From an uncultured Candidatus Saccharibacteria bacterium (GTDB lineage Bacteria > Patescibacteriota > Minisyncoccia > Phycocordibacterales > UBA2100), in assembly GCA_964471165.1 (NCBI GenBank), contig CAYYEX010000001.1, forward strand, positions 1,037 to 65,036: 64,000 bases of DNA, read 5' to 3'. Every line of letters starts with the position of its first letter. Position 1 is the first letter of the stretch. A program made the translations under genes and the position numbers. The notes beneath the pieces are model-generated. The model made no database searches. It saw only the letters and a program-made list of their open reading frames with translations, and had not been told where the DNA came from. Of this stretch, positions 24,873 through 34,983 are shown piece by piece.

Positions 24873-27524
24873 TCACGCGCGATGAAATGTACGGAGGACC
24901 CATTTTGCCCCCTCCACGAGGGCCACATTGAACACGAGCCAGCCCGCAATGAAGAGAATCCATGTAAACGATATCGGCACAAGCTCGAGCAAATCACGCA
25001 ATGCCGGGATAGTCATCGAGGCCAACAGCATCGCAACGGCTATCCCTATGCCGTAGTTAAGTGCACGGTTGTCGAAAAGCGGGTACGAGAAAATGGGCGC
25101 GTGCAGACTTTTTATGGAATACGCGATAATGAGAATGTACCCCGCAAAACTCAAGAAGAGTACCGTGCGCGTAACATCGAGCGGTACTCCAAAGCGCAAC
25201 AGGCCCGCATAGAGAACAAACAGTAGATACGACGTAAGTATTCCCACCCCAAACGTAATATATTTCACCTCTGTATTGAAAATAGCGCCGTGGGTTTTTT
25301 CCTTCCCAACATCTCGATTTTCCTCAAACGCAAATGCGACCGCCGGAAGAGAGCCGGTGAACAAGTTCACCCAAATGATTTGCATTGCAGAGAGCGGCAG
25401 CGGTAATCCCATAACGAGTGCGCCGCCGATAAGAAATACTTCGTCGAGGCAGTTCGACATGAGATACACAAAGGTCTTTCGAATATTGGAGATGATTCTG
25501 CGCCCTTCTTCGATTGCAAGTACGATGGTTTCAAAATTATCATCAAGGAGTACTAGATCCGCCGCGCTCTTAGCAACGTCTGTGCCAGAGCCCAAAGCGA
25601 TACCAATGTTCACCGCCTTGAGCGAGGGCGCATCATTTACGCCGTCACCCGTCATCGCAACAACTTCGCCCCGCTCCTGGAACAACTTCCCGATGCGCAG
25701 TTTGTCTTCTGGGGTAACACGCGCACAGATTTTAATCAGTGGCAGACGTGCCTTAAGCTCCTTATCGGTGAGTTGCCGTATCTCATCCCCCGTCATCACG
25801 TTATTTTCACTCACCTTCCACCCCAGTTCGCGCGCCACAGCCATGGCAGTGCCTTTCAAATCGCCAGTCAGCATTACCACGCGCGCGCCCTTGCGCTCTA
25901 TGCGAGCAACTGCATCTTTTGCTTCGGGGCGTATGGGGTCGTAGAGCACAAGGATTCCCGAAAAACGCATATTCACCACTTTAGTGAAATCAATTTTCTT
26001 TTTCCCAGGGTTTTCAATGCGAGCAACACCAACGAGTCGCTTTCCCTCCTCGCTGAGTTTCTGAATCATCTCTTCGATGGCAATATATTCGTCTTTCGTG
26101 AGTTCGGAGTGCTTGAGCAGAACATCCGGCGCTCCGAGAATAACCACGTGCCCGGATTTATTATCACGAGCAGCAGAGAACTTCGCCGTGGAATTAAACG
26201 GCATGAGTGTCGTGCGGCGGTCTTTTGTAAGCGCGAGCGTATCGAGCCCCGCGCTCGCTGCGGCGAGCGCAATATTGGTTTCAATGGCTCTCCCGATAAA
26301 ACGCCACGACTTCTGTTCGTCGTGCGGATTTTCCACGATTGCCTCTGTTGAAATCAATGCGTCACCGAGGAGCTGTTTTTCGTCATGTCCAAACTCTGTC
26401 GCCGGAGCCGTACCATGTATAAGGTGCGTTGCGGTGAGGATTCCAGTAACCTGCATTTTTGCTTGGGTAAGTGTGCCTGTCTTGTCGGTCATCACTACAG
26501 TTGTCGAGCCCAGAGTTTCCGCCGCAGCAAGGGAGCGCATGATGCCCCTTTTCTTTGAAATCCGCTCCACACCAACAGCGAGAATAACCGTGAGCGCTAT
26601 TGGAAGCGCCTCAGGCACTGCCCCGATTGACGTTGCCACTGCGAGCAGCAACATCTCAAGAACCGGCTCTCCGCGTGAGATGCCCAGAAAGAAAAGACCG
26701 GTCACGATTATAAAAACGGCACCGAGTATCACCCACGCGAGATTTGAAAGTGATTTTTGCAACGGGGTTGCCTCGTCAGTCGCAGCGGAAACGAGCTGCG
26801 CAATGCGCCCGATTTCTGTGTGGTTTCCGGTGCCCACAACGACCGCAGTTGCAGAGCCCTCCACAACAAGCGAGCCAGCGTAGGCAATGTTTGTGCGCTC
26901 AGTTACCTGGGCTCCCTCAGAGACCATATCTACATGCTTATGAACAGGCAGCGATTCCCCCGTCAGAAATGACTCTTCGAGCGATATGTCGTTTTCCGTA
27001 ACAATGCGCATGTCTGCGGGGACGCGTGAACCGAGCACGAGGCGCACCACATCACCCGGCACTAAGAACGACGAGTCGATTTCGTGCTCGTGGCCACCGC
27101 GTATTACGCGCGCACGCTCTTTCATGTAGACCTCGAGTCGCTCCAAAGTATTTTCTGCGCGATTCTCCTGGAAAAATCCGAGTCCCACGTTTACAGCTAC
27201 CGCAAGAAAGATTACGAACGTTTCCACATACTCCTGGAGCACGATTGTGATTCCTGCGGCCGCAACAAGGATGAATACGAGCGGGCTGGCAAACTGCCTC
27301 GCGAAAATTAAGAACGCCTGCGCGTGTTTGCGCCCTTGTATTTCGTTTGGGCCAAATGTAGCAAGCCGGGAAATGGCTTCTTCTTCGGAGAGACCATTCT
27401 CGCTCGATTTCAAAAGCGCGAGCACTTCCATTTCGGTATGTGCCCACGGAAATGTATCCGGAAGATCAGTGTCCTCGTGTACTGCGCGATAAAAAGACAT
27501 GCGTGTGAACTCAGGTTCGTACAC
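24873..27524 (-). CDS. P2-type cation-transporting P-type ATPase (Ca2+/Mg2+-like). The start may be the ATG at 27500.
   Basis: DKTGTLT phosphorylation site, TGDGVNDAPSLK hinge, VPEALPIALTVILAVG ion-site helix, 10 transmembrane helices. Confidence 0.9.
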   Translation of the reverse strand: MYEPEFTRMSFYRAVHEDTDLPDTFPWAHTEMEVLALLKSSENGLSEEEAISRLATFGPNEIQGRKHAQAFLIFARQFASPLVFILVAAAGITIVLQEYVETFVIFLAVAVNVGLGFFQENRAENTLERLEVYMKERARVIRGGHEHEIDSSFLVPGDVVRLVLGSRVPADMRIVTENDISLEESFLTGESLPVHKHVDMVSEGAQVTERTNIAYAGSLVVEGSATAVVVGTGNHTEIGRIAQLVSAATDEATPLQKSLSNLAWVILGAVFIIVTGLFFLGISRGEPVLEMLLLAVATSIGAVPEALPIALTVILAVGVERISKKRGIMRSLAAAETLGSTTVVMTDKTGTLTQAKMQVTGILTATHLIHGTAPATEFGHDEKQLLGDALISTEAIVENPHDEQKSWRFIGRAIETNIALAAASAGLDTLALTKDRRTTLMPFNSTAKFSAARDNKSGHVVILGAPDVLLKHSELTKDEYIAIEEMIQKLSEEGKRLVGVARIENPGKKKIDFTKVVNMRFSGILVLYDPIRPEAKDAVARIERKGARVVMLTGDLKGTAMAVARELGWKVSENNVMTGDEIRQLTDKELKARLPLIKICARVTPEDKLRIGKLFQERGEVVAMTGDGVNDAPSLKAVNIGIALGSGTDVAKSAADLVLLDDNFETIVLAIEEGRRIISNIRKTFVYLMSNCLDEVFLIGGALVMGLPLPLSAMQIIWVNLFTGSLPAVAFAFEENRDVGKEKTHGAIFNTEVKYITFGVGILTSYLLFVLYAGLLRFGVPLDVTRTVLFLSFAGYILIIAYSIKSLHAPIFSYPLFDNRALNYGIGIAVAMLLASMTIPALRDLLELVPISFTWILFIAGWLVFNVALVEGAKWVLRTFHRA

Positions 27525-27585
27525 GTAGTATATCGTGCCCTATCACGCTGTAGGACCTGTGTCGTTCATCTCGTGAACAGCGCAC

Positions 27586-28635
27586 CTAGTAGTCGTCTTC
27601 TTCGTCCTCGGCATTCTGAGCGGCAAGCGCCGCTGCAGCTGCCTCGCGCGCAGCTTCCTCCTCCTCTTGATGCACTTTTTCTTTCTGAATTTCGTTTAAT
27701 ATCTTTGTCACATACGCCATAGAAACAGGGTCGAGGAGTGAAATAGGCGTTGCGGTGATTTTTTTCTTTTTGAACGCAGCAACTTTCGCCTGCAACTCTT
27801 CCTCGGAAACGGCGTCGGATTTTGAAAGAAATACGTGTTCCTCTTTTTCGGCAAGCTCATCGCTGTATGCTTTCAGCTCTGCGCGAACAGTTTTGTAGTC
27901 ACCAAGCACATCTTCGCTTTCGGCAGAGACAAAATGAAAGAGTGTTTTTGTACGCGAGATGTGGCGCAGAAACTTTACGCCGAGCCCCTTACCGTCTGAG
28001 GCCCCTTCAATCAGCCCCGGAATGTCTGCGATAACGAGCCCGTAGTAGGCACCAAGGTGCGGCTCAAGCGTTGTGAACTGATAGTTGGCAACCTTGCTCT
28101 TTGCGTTGGTGAGTTCGTTGAGCAGTGACGACTTACCCACGTTGGGGAGTCCCACAAGACCCACATCGGCAATGAGGCGCAGTTCCAGCTGATATTCCAC
28201 AATGTCGCCAGGCGTTCCATCCTCGGCTTCTTTTGGAGTGGTATTGGTGGACGAGCGAAACTTGTAGTTGCCGCGCCCGCCTTTTCCCCCGCCAGCAGCA
28301 AGCACTCGCTGACCCACCTTTGTGATGTGTTTTTCAAACCCACTTTCGAGGTTTCGAATGATGGTTCCCGCCGGCACATAGAGCACCAAATCCGGGCCCG
28401 CAGCACCGTCGATAGACTGGCCCCGACCATTGCCACCGGGCTTGGCCTTTATTTCTTTTTTGGCAGCGTAAAATGCGAGCGCATCGATGTTCGAAACGCC
28501 TTCAAAATAGATGTTGCCACCGCGACCACCGTCTCCGCCCACCGGCCCGAGATTGAGTCGCGTCTTATTGAACGCAACGGCACCATTGCCGCCTGCGCCC
28601 GCTTCAAGCCTGATTGTTACATCGTCGATTAACAT
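27586..28635 (-). CDS. obg: GTPase Obg/CgtA.
   Basis: Gly-rich Obg fold (GGDGGRGGNIYF), a G domain (GLPNVGKSSLL), and an acidic C-terminal tail. Confidence 0.9.
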   Translation of the reverse strand: MLIDDVTIRLEAGAGGNGAVAFNKTRLNLGPVGGDGGRGGNIYFEGVSNIDALAFYAAKKEIKAKPGGNGRGQSIDGAAGPDLVLYVPAGTIIRNLESGFEKHITKVGQRVLAAGGGKGGRGNYKFRSSTNTTPKEAEDGTPGDIVEYQLELRLIADVGLVGLPNVGKSSLLNELTNAKSKVANYQFTTLEPHLGAYYGLVIADIPGLIEGASDGKGLGVKFLRHISRTKTLFHFVSAESEDVLGDYKTVRAELKAYSDELAEKEEHVFLSKSDAVSEEELQAKVAAFKKKKITATPISLLDPVSMAYVTKILNEIQKEKVHQEEEEAAREAAAAALAAQNAEDEEDDY

Positions 28636-28675
28636 ACTGATAGTGAAGGTTGGCCTAATGTAGCATATTGGCTCC

Positions 28676-29374
28676 TCATAATGCGTTGCGGATTTTTTCG
28701 AACCATAATTTGTACCCCGCGCTCGATGGATGCAGCCCGTCTTCCGCGAGATATATTTCAGGCTCTTTGATGAATGGGTCCTCCCGTGGTTCGGTGTACA
28801 AGTTCACATACGTGCCCCCTGCATCTCGAACCACGGCGGCAAGTGCAGCATGATACGCGAGCGTGCGCTTGGTGTATTGCGCATTCAATACTTTTGGGAA
28901 TAGCTGGGTGCCTCCCACGTTCCCCGCCATGTACACAATAAGGTGGTCGTGCTTCGGCAGCCCCACAAGAAGGATTCTCAAGTATTCAGCATTCCCCTCT
29001 GGCCGAGCGAAGCGGATGACATCGTTTGCTCCGATACCAATCAATATATAGCTGTACTTTTCCTTTCGGATTTCCTGCACTTGGCGTGCCAAATCGCGCA
29101 CTCGTGCTCCCGAAACTGCAAAATTATCGAGCACCGTTGCATGCACCTCGCGTGCAAGCAATGCCGCAAGCGTGTCCTCTGGTTTGTCGGCACCCACGCC
29201 CACTGCAGTGCTGTCGCCAAGAACGAGTACTGAAACTGTGCGCTCACCCTTGAGCGAAAACGGAACCGCACGCTCAACAAGACTGCGTGAGACGCGCACC
29301 TTGCGAAGAAACGACAATGCGGAGTACCCACATACCAAAAGTACAACCAAGATGACAACAACGAGGATTTTCAT
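28676..29374 (-). CDS. SGNH/GDSL-family hydrolase, N-terminally membrane-anchored.
   Basis: GDS motif in VLVLGDSTAVGVGA. An N-terminal transmembrane helix. Confidence 0.7.
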   Translation of the reverse strand: MKILVVVILVVLLVCGYSALSFLRKVRVSRSLVERAVPFSLKGERTVSVLVLGDSTAVGVGADKPEDTLAALLAREVHATVLDNFAVSGARVRDLARQVQEIRKEKYSYILIGIGANDVIRFARPEGNAEYLRILLVGLPKHDHLIVYMAGNVGGTQLFPKVLNAQYTKRTLAYHAALAAVVRDAGGTYVNLYTEPREDPFIKEPEIYLAEDGLHPSSAGYKLWFEKIRNAL

Positions 29375-29380
29375 TCACAC

Positions 29381-29420
29381 CATTATAACTAACAACATCC
29401 CCGGCATTTCACCGGGGATG
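29381..29420 (-). terminator. Intrinsic terminator after the DUF5666-like gene: a 9 bp hairpin CATCCCCGG / CCGGGGATG followed by a U-rich tract. It overlaps a TATAAT -10 (29382-29387) for the GDSL gene, 7 nt before that gene's ATG.
   Basis: Minus-strand RNA reads CAUCCCCGG-UGAAAUG-CCGGGGAUG-UUGUUAGUUAUAAUGG. Confidence 0.6.
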
Positions 29421-29446
29421 CTTTAGAAACCTTAGAGAGAAGTGTC

Positions 29447-30217
29447 TTACTTCCAGAAGTGTCGAACCCAGTTGAGTCCCTGTGTGAGAATCACGATGAA
29501 TGACGCGTTCTGTGGTGTGCTTGAGGCTGTCGTTGATGTGCTGACTACGAGCACGTGAGCCCCAACAGTGAGTGCGCCCGCACTTGCTGGCGTACCGTTC
29601 ACCGAGTACTTCGTTGCAGTGTTGGTAACAACTGTCGATGTTCCTGTAGAGCCAAAGCTCGAGAACGTGACCGCTGCTCCATTAATTGCTGTTACGATAC
29701 CTGCCTCAAATGTGCGGAATACTTTACCGGTGAGGTCGGAGTGACTACGCACTTTGGTTGCAACGATTGTTGAACCCGTGAGTGTGCCCGTCACCGATAC
29801 CTTGTCGCCGATTTTAATCGAGCCGAGTGTAACGGCAGCATTCGTGCGTCCGGTAAATACTGCGTTTGCAGCGTTTACTGAATAGATTGCACCGTGCGCT
29901 CCCTGGACCGTAAGAGTCGAACCACTGATTGCTGTTACGCTACCTTTGACCACGAACTGCTTTGTTGTCGTTGCAGTGATAGAAGTGGCGTGACTCGCCT
30001 TACGCTGCTCTTTGCGGTCCTCGCGAGCTTCAGTGCGCTCTTCTTTGCTATCCTCGCGCTGTTCTGCTCGTTCCTCGTGGAGAATCTTTGCGAAGGCGCC
30101 TAAATGCAGACCATTGTTTGACTTATCCTTGTTTGAATCCGCGAATACTGGCGCTGCGGCAAGAAGCGTAAGGGCGATTATGCCCGTCGCAGCTGCCTTA
30201 GATGTAATTGAGTACAT
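29447..30217 (-). CDS. Secreted DUF5666-like protein with a charged (E/R/K-rich) linker. Paralog of the gene at 35661..36338.
   Basis: Signal peptide. Repeated motifs of the form GSVTAISGSTLTV...GDKVSVTGTLTGSTIVAT, resembling the DUF5666 beta-rich repeats. Confidence 0.5.
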   Translation of the reverse strand: MYSITSKAAATGIIALTLLAAAPVFADSNKDKSNNGLHLGAFAKILHEERAEQREDSKEERTEAREDRKEQRKASHATSITATTTKQFVVKGSVTAISGSTLTVQGAHGAIYSVNAANAVFTGRTNAAVTLGSIKIGDKVSVTGTLTGSTIVATKVRSHSDLTGKVFRTFEAGIVTAINGAAVTFSSFGSTGTSTVVTNTATKYSVNGTPASAGALTVGAHVLVVSTSTTASSTPQNASFIVILTQGLNWVRHFWK

Positions 30218-30354
30218 GATTTTGATTTCTACTTAGTAAGTGCCGCTCTAAACGCGACATTACTAAGACGTCCTTCATGGACCCATGTTACTTGACATGA
30301 TGTATATACTGTCGTGTTGTTTCAGCCCACACAGTGTCACCCCTAATAGAATTG

Positions 30355-31578
30355 CTACTCGTAGCGCAATGCTTCGATTGGATTGAGCGAGGCAGCCCGG
30401 CGCGCTGGATAGTAACCGAAGATGATTCCGATTGCACCGGAGACACCAAATGCAATCAGAATAGAGGAAACGGATACACTCGTACTCAAGAGCCCCGTGA
30501 GATTCACAAGGAATGAAATAAGCCATCCCAACGCTATCCCAATTGAGCCGCCGACGACCGTGAGTGCAACCGCCTCTGCTAAGAATTGTTGGCTAATGTC
30601 GCTTTTTTTTGCTCCGATTGCCTTTCGCAAACCAATTTCGCGCGTGCGCTCCGTAACAGTGGTGAGCATCATGTTCATAATGCCAATGCCTCCGACCACG
30701 AGCGATATTCCGCCGATTGCAGCGAGTAAATACGTGAGTGTTGAGGTAACGCTCGAAGCGGTGGAAAGCAGGTCGTTCTGGTTGAAAACCGTAAAGTCTG
30801 CCTCAGCGTCAGGTTTTATTTTGTGTCGTTCAAGCAAGAGCGCAGTAATATCTGCCTGCACCTGCGCCATACTCTCTGGATTAGACGCTTGTACGGCAAT
30901 GGTTGAAAGATATTGGTTGCCAGAAAGAAATCGCTGTGCACTTTTCACCGGGATAAATACTTGGTCGTCTTGATTTGTGAATCCGGAACCGCCTTTTGTT
31001 GCGGTAATACCAATAATCTTGAACTCCATACCGTTGATACGAACCACCTGGCCTACGACACCCTCGACCCCTTCACCAAACAGGTCGTCGCGAACCGTCG
31101 GACCAAGCACGACAACTTTCGATGCAGATAGATTTTGTGTTTCTGAAATAAATACACCGTCGGAGACTTCCACATTGCGAATTTGCGAGTATGCGGCAGT
31201 AACACCGTTGACCGTCGTATTCGTATTTGCTCCCTTGGCGGTAAGTTGGTAGCGCCCTGTGACTTGTCCATCGACCGCTTGTACATCGGCAACTGATGTA
31301 ATGGCCTCTGCGTCTGCTTGCGTGAGCGTGCGTGCGGAGCCTCGGCCGCTTGAGGCGCCAAATCCCTGTCCGCGCTGTGCCCCCGGAATAACCTGGATAA
31401 GATTCGAGCCGAGAGATTCGATACTCGAGGAAATTGTTTTTGATGCGCCCGTGCCGATAGAAACCATGGCAATCACGGACGAGATGCCGATAACGATACC
31501 CAAAATGGTGAGTCCCGAGCGGACTTTGTTGGCAGAGAGTGCGCTATATGTTTCGTGCGCGAGGTCGTTTATTTTCAT
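30355..31578 (-). CDS. ABC transporter permease, MacB/FtsX family.
   Basis: N-terminal transmembrane helix, a large periplasmic domain, and a C-terminal FtsX 3-transmembrane bundle. Starts with MKINDLAHETYSALSANKVRSGLTILGIVIGISSVIAM. Confidence 0.85.
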   Translation of the reverse strand: MKINDLAHETYSALSANKVRSGLTILGIVIGISSVIAMVSIGTGASKTISSSIESLGSNLIQVIPGAQRGQGFGASSGRGSARTLTQADAEAITSVADVQAVDGQVTGRYQLTAKGANTNTTVNGVTAAYSQIRNVEVSDGVFISETQNLSASKVVVLGPTVRDDLFGEGVEGVVGQVVRINGMEFKIIGITATKGGSGFTNQDDQVFIPVKSAQRFLSGNQYLSTIAVQASNPESMAQVQADITALLLERHKIKPDAEADFTVFNQNDLLSTASSVTSTLTYLLAAIGGISLVVGGIGIMNMMLTTVTERTREIGLRKAIGAKKSDISQQFLAEAVALTVVGGSIGIALGWLISFLVNLTGLLSTSVSVSSILIAFGVSGAIGIIFGYYPARRAASLNPIEALRYE

Positions 31579-32288
31579 GACGTTTCGTGATGCGCATGTT
31601 TGCGCACATGTGTCTTTGCGTCGGAAACGATGACCCCGTCGCGCAGTGTAATGATTCGCTCTGCATGCTGCGCCACATCGGGCTCATGGGTAATGAGCAC
31701 CACGGTGCGTCCGTGCTCGCGATTAAGCCGCTGGAATGTGCCGAGGACAATTTCTCCTGTTTTTGTATCCAGATTTCCCGTTGGTTCATCGGCCAAAATC
31801 AGCGCAGGGTTATTGACGAGCGCTCGCGCAATTGCGACGCGTTGAATTTGTCCGCCAGAAATCTGATTACTCTTGTGCGAAAAGTGTGTTTCGGTGAGCC
31901 CCGCAGCGTGGAGCGCCTCTGTCGCGCGTCGCACACGCTCACCCTCCTCAACACCTGCATACACGAGCGGCAACATCACGTTGCGAAGCACAGTGGTGCG
32001 AGGCAACAGGTTGAACGCTTGGAACACAAATCCAATCTTGTCTTTGCGGATGTCGGCGAGCTCCTCGTCATTGAGCTGAGACACATCTTTTCCGTCGAGG
32101 TGATATGTACCGCTTGTGGGTGTATCAAGGCAACCGAGAATGTGCATAAGAGTCGACTTTCCGGAACCTGACGGTCCCATGATTGCCACAAACTCGCCGT
32201 CGTTAATCGTAAAACTCACTCCCTTGAGCGCGTCGAATGCAGTGTCCCCGGTTCCGTACGTTTTTCGTATGTCGTTTGCTTCGAGCAT
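31575..32288 (-). CDS. ABC transporter ATP-binding protein (MacB-type ATPase). Start MLEANDIRKTYG at 32288.
   Basis: Walker A GPSGSGKST, signature LSGGQIQRVAIARAL, Walker B ILADEPTGNLD. Confidence 0.9.
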   Translation of the reverse strand: MLEANDIRKTYGTGDTAFDALKGVSFTINDGEFVAIMGPSGSGKSTLMHILGCLDTPTSGTYHLDGKDVSQLNDEELADIRKDKIGFVFQAFNLLPRTTVLRNVMLPLVYAGVEEGERVRRATEALHAAGLTETHFSHKSNQISGGQIQRVAIARALVNNPALILADEPTGNLDTKTGEIVLGTFQRLNREHGRTVVLITHEPDVAQHAERIITLRDGVIVSDAKTHVRKHAHHETS

Positions 32289-32292
32289 AGCG

Positions 32293-34116
32293 CTAGAAGC
32301 GAATTGCTCCACCAGGCGGGGCACCGCCCGTGCGCGTCGCTCCCCCGGTTGCACCTGTAGTCCGCGTGGTTGCACTTGCCGCAGCGGCGCTCGCAGTACT
32401 GGTGCGCGTTACGATTTGCTGTCCTTCCGTGAGTCCTGAAATAATTTCAATACTTGTGTCGTCGGAAATTCCGGTCTGTACGCTCATCTGTTTGGGTTCA
32501 ACTTTTGAAGTAACTCCTTGCATGCCTGCACTGGTGTCGAGCGCTGGCTCAAACACGAGCACGTACTGTGTATCGCCCCGTGTTTTTACCGCCGAGGATG
32601 GAACGGTGAGCACATCGGTCTTTGCATCTGTAATAATAGACGCGTTTACGGTCATGCCTGGCTTAATGCGGTCGTCCTGGGAATCAAAGGCAATTTTTAC
32701 TGTGTAGCTCACAACACCTTGCGAAACAGTGCCGAGTGTATCAATCTCGGCAACGGAACCCGTGAGTGTGAGTTCATCGATTGCGTCGAACGTGAGCGTC
32801 GCTTTGTCGTTCAGAGACACCTTCGTTGCATCAACTTCGTTGAGCGAGAGCGTTGCAATCTTTCGCTCAGTAACAATCGTTGCAATCGCGCCGCCGTTCG
32901 AAACACGCTCGCCTGTCTTTGCCGCGACCGTAGCTATCGTGCCACCAAATGGTGCGCGAATTGAGTAATCAGCGAGTGTATTGAGTGCATCCTGAACCGC
33001 GTCCTCTCGCTGTCGAACCGTGAGTTCCACGCTACGCACATCAAGTTCGTCTGGACCGTCCTGCACATCGACGAGCGATTGCTGTTTCTCAGCGATAGAG
33101 CGCTTGGCACTCGCAATGCTTTGCACGGTCGTCTTTATCGTAGAGGCGTCACCTGAAATTGCAGTGATGTGCACTGCACCCGTGGTATTCAAATCGCCAA
33201 GCGTAGTGAGCGCGTTCGTAGCTGAAGGGGCAACGGAGTGCTGCTGGCCCTCCATAGTTGTTTTGTAAAGGCGGATATAGGCTTCCGTGCTTTTTACCGC
33301 ATCGGCAAATGCATTGAGCATCGGCTCTGTTTGCCCGAGCATTGCATCTATTTCAGCCGGTGTCTGGCTTGATGCAAGTTTTTGGTAGTTCGAATATGCA
33401 CTGTCGTAGGCTGTTTTTGCCGCAGTGAACTTTTGATACGCGTCATTGCGATACGCACCTGCTTTGTCGGTGTACTGGTCCATCGCGTTTTTATAAAAAT
33501 CCATATTCCACTGGGAATGGTTTGCATCGGTGCCAGTGAGAATGTTTTCGAGCGAGCGCACCATATCGGGCGCATCGAGGAATGTGCTCACAATATCTCC
33601 GCTCGCATCAGAATACGCTTTTACTAGGTTTTCCTCTGCAGTGGTTTTGCTGTCTTCGGCACTCGCAAGTGCGTTTTGTGCCTGTGTGAGTGTGAGTCCG
33701 GACGCTGGCTTTTTTAACTTTTCGAGTGAGAGTTTTGCATTTTCAAGATTTGTCTGCGCATCGCGCAGTGCACGCTGAGCATCGCCGGCATCCACGCGAG
33801 CAATCGTTGCTCCTGCTCCCACTTTCTGTCCGGCTTTTACTCCCACATAGGTGAGGTCGCCGGCAACGTCGGCTGTGATGTCGAGCTGATTTGACGCAGA
33901 TACTTGGCCAGAGGCAGAAACCGACGCAACAATTGTTGCGCGATTCACTACGCCGAGTGTGTACACAGGGTCGCCTTCGGTCGAGGTCAGCGCGGAGTAG
34001 CCGTAGTAGCCGCCACCAAGTACAGCCACGGCAATGAGCGCCGCCATAACCTTATGCGTTGCTGCCCAGGCGCCCAGAGTGCCGAGTTTAGTGAAAAGCG
34101 TGTGGAAAATCCCCAT
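32293..34116 (-). CDS. Periplasmic adaptor (MacA/HlyD-like membrane fusion protein) with a C-terminal Thr/Gly/Ala-rich tail. Start MGIFHTL at 34116.
   Basis: N-terminal transmembrane helix, long coiled-coil hairpin, and barrel domains. It heads a macA-like/ATPase/permease operon. A TACAAT sits 6 nt upstream of the ATG. Confidence 0.75.
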   Translation of the reverse strand: MGIFHTLFTKLGTLGAWAATHKVMAALIAVAVLGGGYYGYSALTSTEGDPVYTLGVVNRATIVASVSASGQVSASNQLDITADVAGDLTYVGVKAGQKVGAGATIARVDAGDAQRALRDAQTNLENAKLSLEKLKKPASGLTLTQAQNALASAEDSKTTAEENLVKAYSDASGDIVSTFLDAPDMVRSLENILTGTDANHSQWNMDFYKNAMDQYTDKAGAYRNDAYQKFTAAKTAYDSAYSNYQKLASSQTPAEIDAMLGQTEPMLNAFADAVKSTEAYIRLYKTTMEGQQHSVAPSATNALTTLGDLNTTGAVHITAISGDASTIKTTVQSIASAKRSIAEKQQSLVDVQDGPDELDVRSVELTVRQREDAVQDALNTLADYSIRAPFGGTIATVAAKTGERVSNGGAIATIVTERKIATLSLNEVDATKVSLNDKATLTFDAIDELTLTGSVAEIDTLGTVSQGVVSYTVKIAFDSQDDRIKPGMTVNASIITDAKTDVLTVPSSAVKTRGDTQYVLVFEPALDTSAGMQGVTSKVEPKQMSVQTGISDDTSIEIISGLTEGQQIVTRTSTASAAAASATTRTTGATGGATRTGGAPPGGAIRF

Positions 34117-34203
34117 AAAGTGATTGTATCTCAGTCGGTTATAGAAAACGGCCATGAGCCGCGTACCCACTAATACACCCGGGACAAGCAGTTTATTTCA
34201 TTC

Positions 34204-34983
34204 TTACTCCACTGCTGGTGGAGGTGGCATGAGGAAGCGTACTTTGCCACTGCCCGCTTCTGCCTTGTGGACGCCGAACGCGCGGATTACGTCGCCTTCG
34301 CGGTCCCCCGCCACAAATACTACATCGCCTATCTGCAGATTGGACGAGGTGGCACGCGCATCGTTGGCGGGGAGAATAATCGTGAGCGTCGTTGTGGCAT
34401 TTCGATGATGGTCTTCGACTACGAGTCTGCCAACACCGATTTCCGTGATGGTGCAGCGGCAGATGCCATCGTGCGGAGCTCGGCGCGCCCCGCCGTAGAG
34501 CTCTTTGAAAAATGGAGGGAGACGATGTTCGCCCTCTGCACGAACCATGATGCGGTCGTTGAAGCGCGTGCCGCGGTCGAGCGCGAAACCTGTTGCAAAC
34601 GTAACAAGCAAGATACCGCCAAGTACATAGAGTATCGGGAGACGATATCCAAACTTGAATGTGCGCAGCAACCACTCAAGGAGTGCGATGAATGCTATAT
34701 CGAGCACGAGAAACGGCCACGGGAAAAACCAAAAGAATGCGGCAATACCACGCGGACCGAATGCAAAAAATGCCTCGTGGCTGTTAATGCGAATGGAGAA
34801 CAGAATGAAGTTAAATATAAATATCGACATGGAGAGCACGAGAAACGCAACAGCCGCAACAGCCACGATTTGCAACGTGAAATAGAGACGCGGCCGCATT
34901 ACAATGCGCTCCGTTTTGATTTGCCCCATGATTTTGTCGCGGAGCGTATCTGTCATATTCGGTTTTTCGTTTTTATGCTCCAT
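34204..34983 (-). CDS. Putative membrane anti-sigma factor (hypothetical membrane protein downstream of, and overlapping, the ECF sigma gene).
   Basis: Position immediately after the sigma gene. Several transmembrane helices, then a C-terminal extracytoplasmic beta-rich domain. No conserved zinc-binding anti-sigma domain motif recognised. Confidence 0.4.
   Translation of the reverse strand: MEHKNEKPNMTDTLRDKIMGQIKTERIVMRPRLYFTLQIVAVAAVAFLVLSMSIFIFNFILFSIRINSHEAFFAFGPRGIAAFFWFFPWPFLVLDIAFIALLEWLLRTFKFGYRLPILYVLGGILLVTFATGFALDRGTRFNDRIMVRAEGEHRLPPFFKELYGGARRAPHDGICRCTITEIGVGRLVVEDHHRNATTTLTIILPANDARATSSNLQIGDVVFVAGDREGDVIRAFGVHKAEAGSGKVRFLMPPPPAVE

Noticed and set aside
25276-26883. Plus-strand ORFs of 222 and 268 aa antisense to the P-type ATPase.
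   Set aside because: Antisense to a gene carrying the DKTGTLT and TGDGVNDAP motifs. Low-complexity translation.
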